Sequence record: NZ_CP103154.1
Length of the DNA stretch: 64,000 nt
Strand: one strand, 5' to 3'
Origin: a plasmid
Part shown: positions 40,077-48,899 of the stretch, one piece after another
Numbering within the stretch: position 1 is the stretch's first letter
How the letters are laid out: each line of letters begins with the position of its first letter
Position numbers and translations under genes: made by a program
The notes under the pieces: model-generated
Told to the model about the DNA's origin: nothing
Seen by the model: only the letters and a program-made list of their open reading frames with translations
The model's database searches: none

Positions 40077-40802
40077 TCAAAAATCAAAAGTCAGCTGCGT
40101 AGCCCTTGCGTTGCTCTGAATCGACCTCTTCAATTCAGAATTATCCTCCATTGCATTTTCAAGTTTCCTAATAAAAGAAGTGTCACCTGCTTCCGTTATC
40201 TTTAAAATAGGCAACCATACTCCGGCTATCAGCTGTAAATCTATATGATAACTTCTCCAATGCTGCATTGTCAATGTATTCATCCATGCGACTTCACCGG
40301 GTACGCTATTCATCATCAGATTGACAACGGTCATCTTTACACAAATCAAATCTATATCCGAGCCATAACAAAAAAGCCTTCCTCCATCATTCTCTTCCGC
40401 ACATTTTTTTACAGCGGAAAGTAGCATCCTGCCGGAACCACAGCACGAATCACAGACCGACTGTTTAGGTTTCAGCCTATTTCCCCCCATACATGCCATC
40501 AAATCAGCAACGTGTATCGGGGTAAAGAACTGTCCGTTATTCCCATGACTGACACACTCCATGAACATATCTCCCAAGACATCGCAAAATCCTTCCGAAT
40601 ATTCAGACACCCTATAAAACATTTGAACAAAAAGTTCCATTTCATATGGCTTATATCTTTTTTCCACTCTACGATAATCCTCCGCCAACATCCCGACAGA
40701 CAAATAGTAAAGACAAACATCCAAAAAATCCCGAAAGGCTTCTTCATATCCCCGACTGAAAGCAAGCTTTTCATAAAGTTTCATTATCTCCTTTGGTATC
40801 AT
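40077..40802 (-). CDS. N6-adenine DNA methyltransferase-like protein, short form lacking the catalytic NPPF/Y motif
   Basis: GQFFTPIHVADLMA (motif X), VCDSCCGSGRMLL (motif I, SAM binding) and CYGSDIDLICVKMTVVNL are present; no (N/D)PP(F/Y/W) motif IV; only 241 aa. Confidence 0.6.
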   Translation of the reverse strand: MIPKEIMKLYEKLAFSRGYEEAFRDFLDVCLYYLSVGMLAEDYRRVEKRYKPYEMELFVQMFYRVSEYSEGFCDVLGDMFMECVSHGNNGQFFTPIHVADLMACMGGNRLKPKQSVCDSCCGSGRMLLSAVKKCAEENDGGRLFCYGSDIDLICVKMTVVNLMMNSVPGEVAWMNTLTMQHWRSYHIDLQLIAGVWLPILKITEAGDTSFIRKLENAMEDNSELKRSIQSNARATQLTFDF

Positions 40803-40817
40803 ACTTTTCTGACTTCA

Positions 40818-41081
40818 TTATTCACAACATTCTATATTCCTTGTGCCATAGATTTTATCAAAAGCCGCTTTTATCTCCGAGCGATATTTACAGTCCTTCT
40901 CAAAACAAAGTTGTTTTGTCCAAAAATCGAAATCAAAACCATCGGTATTATCAATCGTTACAGAAACATAATCAGTCATACCACTCTGACATACAACCGT
41001 ATGCCGATTTACACAAAAGTGGTCATTTAAAGCAGTTTCTTTTCGGGTAATGCGTTCTACCATCTTATCTATCCACTTCAT
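40818..41081 (-). CDS. hypothetical protein
   Basis: 87-aa Cys-containing ORF. Confidence 0.4.
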   Translation of the reverse strand: MKWIDKMVERITRKETALNDHFCVNRHTVVCQSGMTDYVSVTIDNTDGFDFDFWTKQLCFEKDCKYRSEIKAAFDKIYGTRNIECCE

Positions 41082-41137
41082 ACTTATAATATTTTATGTA
41101 ATTGCCCCATTCCAAGAGGCAGTTACGGTTATACTCA

Positions 41138-41617
41138 TTAAAAATCGTTCTCGTTCAAAAACAGCACATCGCCTTTCATCACCATCCAATTAATCTCACT
41201 CAGATGATAGCCACAATGCCCACTCAAAAAAATCTCAATCTCTTCAGTGGTCTGCAATCTCCTGTCTGGGCTTATCACCGCAACATTACCGGAATTACAA
41301 TCCAATACAGCCAGTTTCTCATAAGCCCACTCACCAAACTGGCAGAACTCGATAAAATTGGTATAGGTTATCCGTATGCTATTGTTTGCATCAAATTCAA
41401 GGGGTGACTTTGTAATGAATGAACCTGCATGATTCACCACCACAGAGGGGCTAATCTCTGCCAATGAAGATAAGCTGTCATCCCATCTAATCTCATAAAG
41501 GAAAAATCCTTTTGGCAATGAATTGCGGTCTATACGATAACTGGAAAAAAGACCGTCTATCGTTTCATTAATAACTAACTGTTCATAATCTCCTTCTAAA
41601 TAGTGTACTCGTGACAT
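41138..41617 (-). CDS. hypothetical protein
   Basis: 159-aa ORF; first gene after repeat module copy C. Confidence 0.5.
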   Translation of the reverse strand: MSRVHYLEGDYEQLVINETIDGLFSSYRIDRNSLPKGFFLYEIRWDDSLSSLAEISPSVVVNHAGSFITKSPLEFDANNSIRITYTNFIEFCQFGEWAYEKLAVLDCNSGNVAVISPDRRLQTTEEIEIFLSGHCGYHLSEINWMVMKGDVLFLNENDF

Positions 41618-41638
41618 AACTCGTTGTTTTTTGGGATT

Positions 41639-42320
41639 GTTAAACTTCTAATTTTATGCTTCAGCTAGATTTAAAGACCTTTTTTTAAAACCCCTTTCCG
41701 GGATGGCCTTTTCTTTCTGCCGACTTTTTTTTTGAGCTTTCATGCCCCATCTGAGTTTATGAGCCTTTTTTTACGGCACACAACAATAAGGAAGGAGGGA
41801 TTAAGAAAAGTTTTGGACGACAAAAAATGTTGGGGACAGCGAAGCCGTCCGGCGTTATTTTTTTCGGGACAAAGGGCGAAGACCGGAACTCTTTCGTATC
41901 CATCCACCGAAATAAATTTGCCGTTCAAAAACAAAGGGTCTCAGATGGGGCTATGAAAAACGCACATTAAGGGAGGCAGAAAACTAGGAAAAGGGCAGTA
42001 CGGAAAGTAAAACAAGCCATACGGTTTTGCCTGCAAAACCGTATTCCTATCTCCCTGCCACAAGTGGCAGGGGGAACGGGTTAGCAACGGACTGCCGGGA
42101 CAAACGGTAAAAGGACGGGGCTGCAATACGGAAGAAGGAGGTTGTTTCGGCAATGCCGAAGCTCCGGATGATGACCATTGCAATCCCGCCCACGTTTGGA
42201 ACTTCTCTTTTCCGGTTTGCCCATAATCAGCCGCATAGCGGATGACTACGGGTAAACCGGAAATGAGAACAGTCATTCCGATGAAGGGGAGGGTGGGAAA
42301 GAATACTGCGTGAACGCAAA
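41639..42320. repeat. ~685-bp conserved noncoding module, copy C
   Basis: Near-identical to copies A and B; flanked by a minus-strand operon on the left and a plus-strand operon on the right; a TAnnTTTG-like -7 box (TACTTTTG) lies just beyond its right end. Confidence 0.8.
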
Positions 42321-42423
42321 AACACAGTATGTCATCTTAAAACAATATCTTTAAAAAGTTTTTCAGAAGAAATGCTTACCAATATCCTAATAATTATTAC
42401 TTTTGATAACATAATACAACGAT

Positions 42424-42678
42424 ATGGAAAAGAAAAAGATTACAATAGAGGTAGAACCAGCTACAGCCGTAGCTACCGTCGGTTTATTGCGTGGGATATT
42501 TCCCAGTATCATCGAACAACTGGAAAGGCAAGCCGCAACAAACGGCAGCCCCTTAAAATTCAATAAAGTAGAAAATATGCAAGAAGTATTGGATGAGATT
42601 TATGAAAAGTGCATTGCCGAAACGAACCTCCGGGAGTTTGCCCAGGCGCACTTAAATAGTGACGGATTACCTAACTGA
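42424..42678 (+). CDS. hypothetical protein
   Basis: 84-aa ORF, first of three co-oriented small genes. Confidence 0.45.
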   Translation: MEKKKITIEVEPATAVATVGLLRGIFPSIIEQLERQAATNGSPLKFNKVENMQEVLDEIYEKCIAETNLREFAQAHLNSDGLPN

Positions 42679-42723
42679 TACAGAAATACGGAATCTGCCA
42701 GCCATCCTTATTCCAAATAACAA

Positions 42724-43050
42724 ATGGTACAGAATTACACACCTGTCATGTGGGATGACAAAGCATTTGCCTTTGTCCCCTACGAAGCATTCAGTGATTT
42801 GCCACATTATCCCAAAGAAAAATGTGAGCAAATTTGCAAAGAGCTGAACAGCCTTATAAGACTATGTACTTATAGGCCGAAAAAGGAAGATATTTATTTT
42901 CATCCGGTAAGTTATGTACGTCGTTCCGGAGGTTTCATAGTTACGGATAATCAGGCATCCTTTGAGAAATGCCCCTATCCTGCTTGCGCAGACCGTCATA
43001 GCTGCCAAAAAATATGTGATTTGATGAACCGTATCATTGAAGAGTCTTAA
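42724..43050 (+). CDS. hypothetical Cys-rich protein
   Basis: 108-aa ORF. Confidence 0.45.
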   Translation: MVQNYTPVMWDDKAFAFVPYEAFSDLPHYPKEKCEQICKELNSLIRLCTYRPKKEDIYFHPVSYVRRSGGFIVTDNQASFEKCPYPACADRHSCQKICDLMNRIIEES

Positions 43051-43064
43051 TTATATAAAATACC

Positions 43065-43442
43065 ATGGAACATCCAAACTCCAAATGCAGAATAGCACAA
43101 GCTGAATATTTAAGTCGGCTACCTGAAGAAGAACGGGAAAATAAGGCCAGAGATATTAGAATCGGAAACGCCAGCTATATTTACCACCAACAAGCGGTTC
43201 CAATCCAAGAAAACAGATTGATAATGTATTATAAAGAGTGGTTGGAAGGTCTTCCTCCCAACATTTCACGCCATATGAGAATGCTTGGATTTGAAGCATG
43301 TAAGACAATGATTCCGTTTACGAGATATGTGAACGAAAGAAACGATATTGGTATGCGTGACTGGATGCAAGAGCATCTTTCACCGAGTGACTTCAACTAT
43401 TGGCAGGAACTTTCGAAAAAAGCAGGTTCGCCAACATTTTAA
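43065..43442 (+). CDS. hypothetical protein
   Basis: 125-aa ORF. Confidence 0.45.
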   Translation: MEHPNSKCRIAQAEYLSRLPEEERENKARDIRIGNASYIYHQQAVPIQENRLIMYYKEWLEGLPPNISRHMRMLGFEACKTMIPFTRYVNERNDIGMRDWMQEHLSPSDFNYWQELSKKAGSPTF

Positions 43443-43503
43443 TCCCATCCCGTTCAATACGCTGCCTGAAGAATAAAAGGTGCGTATTAAACGAGAATAT
43501 TTT

Positions 43504-43776
43504 TTAGCGTTTAGTCATCTCTTCCCGCACCAGTTCCGTTTCTGTCGGGGAGAGTTTCGGCAATTTGACAGTTGCCGGACTTTCTAACTGGTAAGCCTTC
43601 ACCTCATTGATAAGCAGCTGCCAGTCAAAAAGAAATTCTTCGGAACAACCATGTTTACGATAAATTTCTTTTGCTGCTTCCAAAATCTCAGGAGCGCAAA
43701 AATCGTCTCCCTGAAAGACAACTGCCGGACGATCATTATTGATACAGTCTCTCAATAATCGTAACTGATCTTTCAT
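43504..43776 (-). CDS. hypothetical protein
   Basis: 90-aa ORF. Confidence 0.4.
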   Translation of the reverse strand: MKDQLRLLRDCINNDRPAVVFQGDDFCAPEILEAAKEIYRKHGCSEEFLFDWQLLINEVKAYQLESPATVKLPKLSPTETELVREEMTKR

Positions 43777-43788
43777 TGTGTTTACCTA

Positions 43789-44073
43789 TTATGCGTTCTG
43801 TTGTTTTACCATTTTCAAAAATTCGTCAGACGGTTTAAATGCCGGTATGTTATGAGCCGGAATAATCATAGTAGTATTCTTAGAGATATTCCGAGCTGTC
43901 TTTTGCGCTCTCTTCTTCACTATGAAACTACCGAATCCACGAAGATAGACATTTTCCTCCTTACCCAACGAAGTCTTTACCTCGTTCATGAATCCTTCCA
44001 AAACAGCAAGCACCGCTTTGCCGTCGATGCCGGTTCTGGCAGATATTTCCTTTACGATTTCCGATTTAGTCAT
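43789..44073 (-). CDS. HU/IHF-family nucleoid-associated DNA-binding protein
   Basis: 94 aa; MTKSEIVKEISARTGIDGKAVLAVLEGFMNEV...LRGFGSFIVKKRAQKTARNI...IPAHNIPAFKPS matches the HU fold signature. Confidence 0.7.
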   Translation of the reverse strand: MTKSEIVKEISARTGIDGKAVLAVLEGFMNEVKTSLGKEENVYLRGFGSFIVKKRAQKTARNISKNTTMIIPAHNIPAFKPSDEFLKMVKQQNA

Positions 44074-44172
44074 TTCTTTATAATTTGAAAATTAGCGTGC
44101 AAAGATAATTAATCCAATGGATTATTTAAAGTCTGGCATCCGCAGCAAGCCCTGCCTTCGCCCAATGAAGTG

Positions 44173-44571
44173 TTAAATTGTTGCGTATGGGTCAAGTTCC
44201 TTAATCCGCTTACACAAATAATCAAAGCGTTTCTTGGTAAGCGGTGTGAGTGTATCGAGGTTCTTGCCATCGAAATTCTCTCCGAAAATAAGGTCGTCCA
44301 CTCCTATGCCGTGATTGTAATTCTCGCGCACGCAATCACGCAGAATCCAAAGGTTATGCAGGTTCACCCAGTCGGCTGTAATGTTTCTGATTTTACTGAA
44401 CAGCAGCGCAGCAGTGTAAAGGTAGTGTCCGCAATGGTTGTAGTCATGCAACACCAGCTTGCCCTGGTAATAGATGTCGAAATCCTTGTTTTCTTCATCT
44501 TCCTTTGTATCGCAGTAGAAGAATGGAATGTCTTTCAGACCGTCCCAATTAATATAAGTAGTTGGCTTCAT
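44173..44571 (-). CDS. hypothetical protein
   Basis: Start trimmed to MKPTTYINW; 132 aa. Confidence 0.4.
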   Translation of the reverse strand: MKPTTYINWDGLKDIPFFYCDTKEDEENKDFDIYYQGKLVLHDYNHCGHYLYTAALLFSKIRNITADWVNLHNLWILRDCVRENYNHGIGVDDLIFGENFDGKNLDTLTPLTKKRFDYLCKRIKELDPYATI

Positions 44572-44620
44572 AATATCTTTTTTGAATACGCTACATAACC
44601 TGTTATTTGCACACTTTCCA

Positions 44621-44947
44621 TTATTCACAGAACATTTGATGAAACACTTCCTTCAGTCTTTTTATCTCACTGAAATTCAAATCTCCAATCTTTCTTTTCA
44701 GCCGGCTTTTGTCCACCGTGCGAATCTGATCCGTGGCTATCTCCCCATCACGCCCGGCTACAGAACACAGAACCCGGTAAGGATAGTTCCTTATGGTGGA
44801 GGTTATCGGAGCAATGACTACTATTGTAAGGTACATATTCAAATCTGAAGGAGTTACAACAACACATGGCCGTGTCTTTGCCATTTCACCCCCACGGGTA
44901 GGGTCTAACTCTACCCAATACACTCCATACTGTTCTACCATGTCCAA
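44621..44947 (-). CDS. mazF: MazF/PemK-family endoribonuclease toxin
   Basis: GVYWVELDPTRGGEMAKTRPCVVV N-terminal signature; 108 aa; overlaps the upstream antitoxin gene. Confidence 0.75.
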   Translation of the reverse strand: MDMVEQYGVYWVELDPTRGGEMAKTRPCVVVTPSDLNMYLTIVVIAPITSTIRNYPYRVLCSVAGRDGEIATDQIRTVDKSRLKRKIGDLNFSEIKRLKEVFHQMFCE

Positions 44948-45183
44948 TCCTCAAACTTTTCATCCTCAAACACATCAGGGATAAGCAACTCATCATCCCC
45001 ATTCTCATGGGCACGTTTGGCAGCTTCCGCCCATCCCTGCCGTGGTTGTGCCTTTATCACAATATTGTTCCCGTCCAAAGAAATGCTCACAGCCGATTTC
45101 AAGGACAAACGCAACTGTTTCAATATCTCGGAAGGAAGTATTATCCCCTTGCTGTTTCCAATCTGAATAATGTTTGTTACCAT
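44935..45183 (-). CDS. mazE: MazE/AbrB-family antitoxin
   Basis: IQIGNSKGIILPSEILKQLRL SpoVT/AbrB swapped-hairpin motif; 82 aa; acidic C-terminus. Confidence 0.65.
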   Translation of the reverse strand: MVTNIIQIGNSKGIILPSEILKQLRLSLKSAVSISLDGNNIVIKAQPRQGWAEAAKRAHENGDDELLIPDVFEDEKFEDWTW

Positions 45184-45617
45184 AATGTTATAACTTTAAA
45201 ATTGATTATCACAACACAAATATAGACAAAGTTATAACAATACCAAAAGAAAAGCCAACTTTTTTCCATTTTCACCGATAACCCGGCCAACGGCTGCACT
45301 CGTCGGGAGGCTAGTGCCCCCCCTTGCCGTGCGGCGCTCCCCGACCTATGATTCTTATCATGTCTTGTGTCCTTTTCTCCGCTTCTAACAAACAAATCTG
45401 CATAAAATATAGATTTGCGTTTCCATTTGAATTTTAGTTATTTGATACCCTAACTATGAATAGCAAACAGATAACTGATTTTTAAAACAGCAGAATGTTT
45501 CTGTTTTATTAAAATAAAAAGGGAACAAATTTTTAAGGTAATACTTACGGAAAAAACAGACTTTATAACGTTTCTTTTTCGTACATTTGCAACAATATAA
45601 TAAAAGCGAAACATATA

Positions 45618-46470
45618 ATGGAGAAGCAAGGAGAAATCATACTATACCAACCGGATGAAGCTGTAAGGTTGGAAGTACGTTTAGAAGATGAAACCGTTTG
45701 GCTCACACAAGCGCAGATAGCAGAACTTTTTCAACGTGACAGAACCGTTATTACCAAACATATAAATAATGTTTTTAAGGAAAAGGAATTGGAAGAGAAA
45801 AGCAATGTGCATTTTTTGCACATTGCTAATTCCGATAAGCCTGTCAAGTTCTTTAGTCTAGACGTAATAATTTCAGTTGGATACAGAGTTAAAAGCGTAA
45901 GAGGTACGCAATTCAGGCAATGGGCAAATAAAATTTTAAAAGAATATTTATTGAAAGGTTATTCTATAAACCAACGGCTCAATGACATGGAATATAGAAT
46001 GAACAATAGATTCTTCCAAATAGAGAAAACCATTGCTGAACATGATGCAAAGATAGACTTCTTTGTACGCACCTCATTGCCTCCGGTGGAAGGTATATTC
46101 TTTGACGGTCAGATATTCGATGCGTATAAGTTTGCTACAGATTTAATAAAGTCTGCCAAATGCTCACTTGTGCTTATCGACAACTATGTAGATGAATCCG
46201 TGTTACTCATGTTGAGCAAACGAAACAGTGGAGTATCAGCTACTATTTATACACAAAATAAACGCACAGCTCCAACTTGATTTAAACAAACACAATGACC
46301 AATATCCTCCCATTGAAGCTAGAACCTACAAAAGTAGTCATGACCGCTTCTTAATCATTGATAATACGGAAGTATATCATATTGGGGCATCGCTAAAGGA
46401 TTTGGGCAAGAAAATGTTTGCTTTCTCCAAACTGGAACTTCCTGCCCATACGATAATTGATGTATTATGA
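45618..46470 (+). pseudogene. RhuM-family protein gene, interrupted by a frameshift (ORFs 45618..46280 and 46228..46470)
   Basis: Both fragments align end-to-end with the intact 278-aa paralog at 60610..61446 (MEKQGEIILYQPDEAVRLEVRLEDETVWLTQAQIAELF... and ...QLQLDLNKHNDQYPPIEARTY...); the frame break lies in the A-rich tract near 46250. Confidence 0.7.
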
Positions 46471-46486
46471 AATAAGCTAATCACCC

Positions 46487-46816
46487 ATGCGAGAAGCGGA
46501 AGAGAATATAAAATTCAAGATGGAAATTGACGTATTGGTTCCCATTCCACGTACTGTCACCCGTGATTTCACCAGTTTGAAGCACCTGCGTCAATGGCAG
46601 AAACGGAATGACATCGATGGTTCTCTTTACTGTTTTGCACACCGGGAATACCTGCTCAACGAAAAGGGAGAATGGGAACAATTTACCGTTATCGGCAAAC
46701 AGGTAGTGACTATCGGAGAACTGGAAAGGCTTCTTTTGGCAATGAAGCAAAAGGGGTTCAACCAATACAGCCGTGAGGAATATGAAGAATTAATGTCTTC
46801 ATATTTGAAAAAGTGA
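46487..46816 (+). CDS. hypothetical protein
   Basis: 109-aa ORF between the RhuM pseudogene and the recombinase. Confidence 0.45.
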   Translation: MREAEENIKFKMEIDVLVPIPRTVTRDFTSLKHLRQWQKRNDIDGSLYCFAHREYLLNEKGEWEQFTVIGKQVVTIGELERLLLAMKQKGFNQYSREEYEELMSSYLKK

Positions 46817-46857
46817 AGAATTAAAACCTTCATTACACATTTAAATACGAAAACAGG

Positions 46858-47454
46858 ATGAAAATAGGATATGCCCGTGTTTCCACCAAGGAACAACATC
46901 TGGATATGCAACTGGAAGCGTTGAAGGCTGCCGGATGCGAGAAAATCTTCTCTGAGAAAATGACCGGACGTCAACAAAACCGCCCGGAACTGGATGCCTG
47001 CCTGAGCTTTCTCCGGGAAGGCGACACACTTGTCGTATATAAGCTGGACCGGCTTGGCCGTTCGCTGAAGAATATCCTTACGCTATTGGAAGATTTCAAG
47101 AATAGGGGCATCCAATTCACCTCACTGCAAGACAACATCAGTACGGAAGGCGCAATCGGCCAACTGATGAACAACATTCTCGGTGCTTTCGCTCAGTTTG
47201 AAAGAGACCTTATCTATGAGAGAACCCAAGAAGGCAGAAGAATCGCCAAGGAAAAAGGTGTCAAATTCGGCAGAAAGACACTTATCAACAAAAACAACAT
47301 CGCCAAGCAGAAAAGCTGCATCCAACTCTATGAATCCGGAACGCCGGTAAGGGAGATACAGAAAATATTAAACATAGGCAGTAGCGGAACAGTATATCGC
47401 CTATTAAGAAGGAATGGAATTGCGCTGAAATCCGAGAACAAAAATAACAAATAA
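46858..47454 (+). CDS. serine recombinase (Hin/Gin-like invertase/resolvase family)
   Basis: MKIGYARVSTKEQHLDMQ catalytic N-terminus with the Ser nucleophile and C-terminal HTH; 198 aa. Confidence 0.85.
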   Translation: MKIGYARVSTKEQHLDMQLEALKAAGCEKIFSEKMTGRQQNRPELDACLSFLREGDTLVVYKLDRLGRSLKNILTLLEDFKNRGIQFTSLQDNISTEGAIGQLMNNILGAFAQFERDLIYERTQEGRRIAKEKGVKFGRKTLINKNNIAKQKSCIQLYESGTPVREIQKILNIGSSGTVYRLLRRNGIALKSENKNNK

Positions 47455-47523
47455 CGAATAAACCTCTGCCCATCCTTCAAAGATGATTCTCAAAGATCGT
47501 CTGCAATTCCACCTCTCAGCAAG

Positions 47524-47560
47524 ATTATAGGAAAGTCCCCTTCACGGGGACTGATTTTTT
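47524..47560 (+). terminator. rho-independent terminator after the recombinase gene
   Basis: GTCCCCTTCACGGGGAC followed by TGATTTTTTTT. Confidence 0.6.
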
Positions 47561-47566
47561 TTAATT

Positions 47567-47965
47567 TTAATACAATAACTCCATGCACTCCTGTACCGCT
47601 TTTTCCAATGCTTCTTCCAAACAACAAAAAGCGTCCGCATTACTTTCGGAGTCATACAACACATAATCTCCAGCCCTCACAACCACATGCCAGACCGCCA
47701 CGTTTTGTTCTGTTTGAAACGTATATTCACGAGTCTGTATCATCCATTGGATACATGCTGCCAGTGTCGGGCACTCGCACATATACATCGGGGTATTCCT
47801 TCCCTCAATATCGGTGCGTAGCCTATCCTGTTTGTCATACCAATACTCACAAGGCACGTAATAGTATAATTCCTTCATCATAAGAGCTGTGTCGCTATTA
47901 ACCAATCTCTCTTTGTTGATTTGTGTAATCAAATTTTCCATATTAGCATTATTTAAGTTGAACAT
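47567..47965 (-). CDS. hypothetical Cys-containing protein
   Basis: 132-aa ORF; its start abuts the partial repeat module at 47986. Confidence 0.45.
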   Translation of the reverse strand: MFNLNNANMENLITQINKERLVNSDTALMMKELYYYVPCEYWYDKQDRLRTDIEGRNTPMYMCECPTLAACIQWMIQTREYTFQTEQNVAVWHVVVRAGDYVLYDSESNADAFCCLEEALEKAVQECMELLY

Positions 47966-47985
47966 CTGATTTATTCTTCAGCTAG

Positions 47986-48085
47986 ATTCAAGACCTTTTC
48001 ATTTTTTGTATCGGGAAGGTCTTTGGTCAGCCGACCTTTTTTTGATGTCATTCCCCATCTGAGTTCTGAGCCTTTTTTCGGCATA
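47986..48085. repeat. diverged copy of the first ~100 nt of the 685-bp module, copy D
   Basis: CTTCAGCTAGATTCAAGACC...GCCGACCTTTTTTTGATGTCATTCCCCATCTGAGTTCTGAGCCTTTTTTCGGCA aligns with the module's left end. Confidence 0.6.
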
Positions 48086-48312
48086 TCAAGGTCTGGATTG
48101 CAAGCAATAAGCCAAGTTTCACTTATGGAAAATGTCGGGAAGACACTTCTTCATCGTTATTTTCCATACAGTAAAGGCGCATGGCCGTAACTTGCCATTT
48201 GCGGAATCCCGAAACCTTTGCCGAGCAAAAAGCCGGACTCGGATCGGAGGAAAGAAGCCGGGGGAGGCAGCCCACAGAAAGGGCAATCCGATACAATCAA
48301 GAAATTAACCTG

Positions 48313-48732
48313 CTATACCCTTGTGCGAGTGAAATAATCCATCATAGACACTACATACCTAAGTAGTGGTATCAATACACCGATCACATATATCATAGCG
48401 TAGCCCAAAAGGACAAAAGGTAATGTTTTACGATAAAGACATGCAACAGCGAGCAATATAAACGAAAAAGAAAAGCCATAAACCCCATATTGAAAACCGG
48501 GTATCAACTCATAAACAGGTACGGGTTCCGGATGAAGCATGGCTCCGGCCACAATAGAATAAAGGCTGGTCAATAATATAAGCAGCGTATATAAGCAACT
48601 CTTAAGAATCCTGGGATCATTCCTTTTACAATAGAGAATCGTTCGGATATCACTTCTAAGAAACTCAATGCCCAGTAAGAGAGCCACCATAACGCCTGTA
48701 TCAAAAGTAGAAAATACATTCATTCCGATCAC
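48313..48732 (-). CDS. integral membrane protein
   Basis: 139 aa, four TM helices. Confidence 0.5.
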   Translation of the reverse strand: MIGMNVFSTFDTGVMVALLLGIEFLRSDIRTILYCKRNDPRILKSCLYTLLILLTSLYSIVAGAMLHPEPVPVYELIPGFQYGVYGFSFSFILLAVACLYRKTLPFVLLGYAMIYVIGVLIPLLRYVVSMMDYFTRTRV

Positions 48733-48899
48733 CTTTGGCGCGAAGATATGTATTTATTCTGAAAAGCCACGTCTTTGCGTATTTTACGATGTCGCATCCG
48801 ATAGTCCGGGAAGCATTTTTTTGGTTCTTTTTTGGGGTGACTGCCAAAAAAGAACCCCGAAGCCGAAATCCCGGGCAGACGGGATTTCTCCCGTCCACC

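Noticed and set aside
45177-45395. 72-aa ORF and a GC-rich hairpin-like stretch (45285-45350) upstream of mazE
   Set aside because: The ORF is composition-driven (GC-rich, Arg/Ala-rich) with no start context. The GC-rich stretch may be an operator or structural element, but I see no repeat or conservation to support a call.
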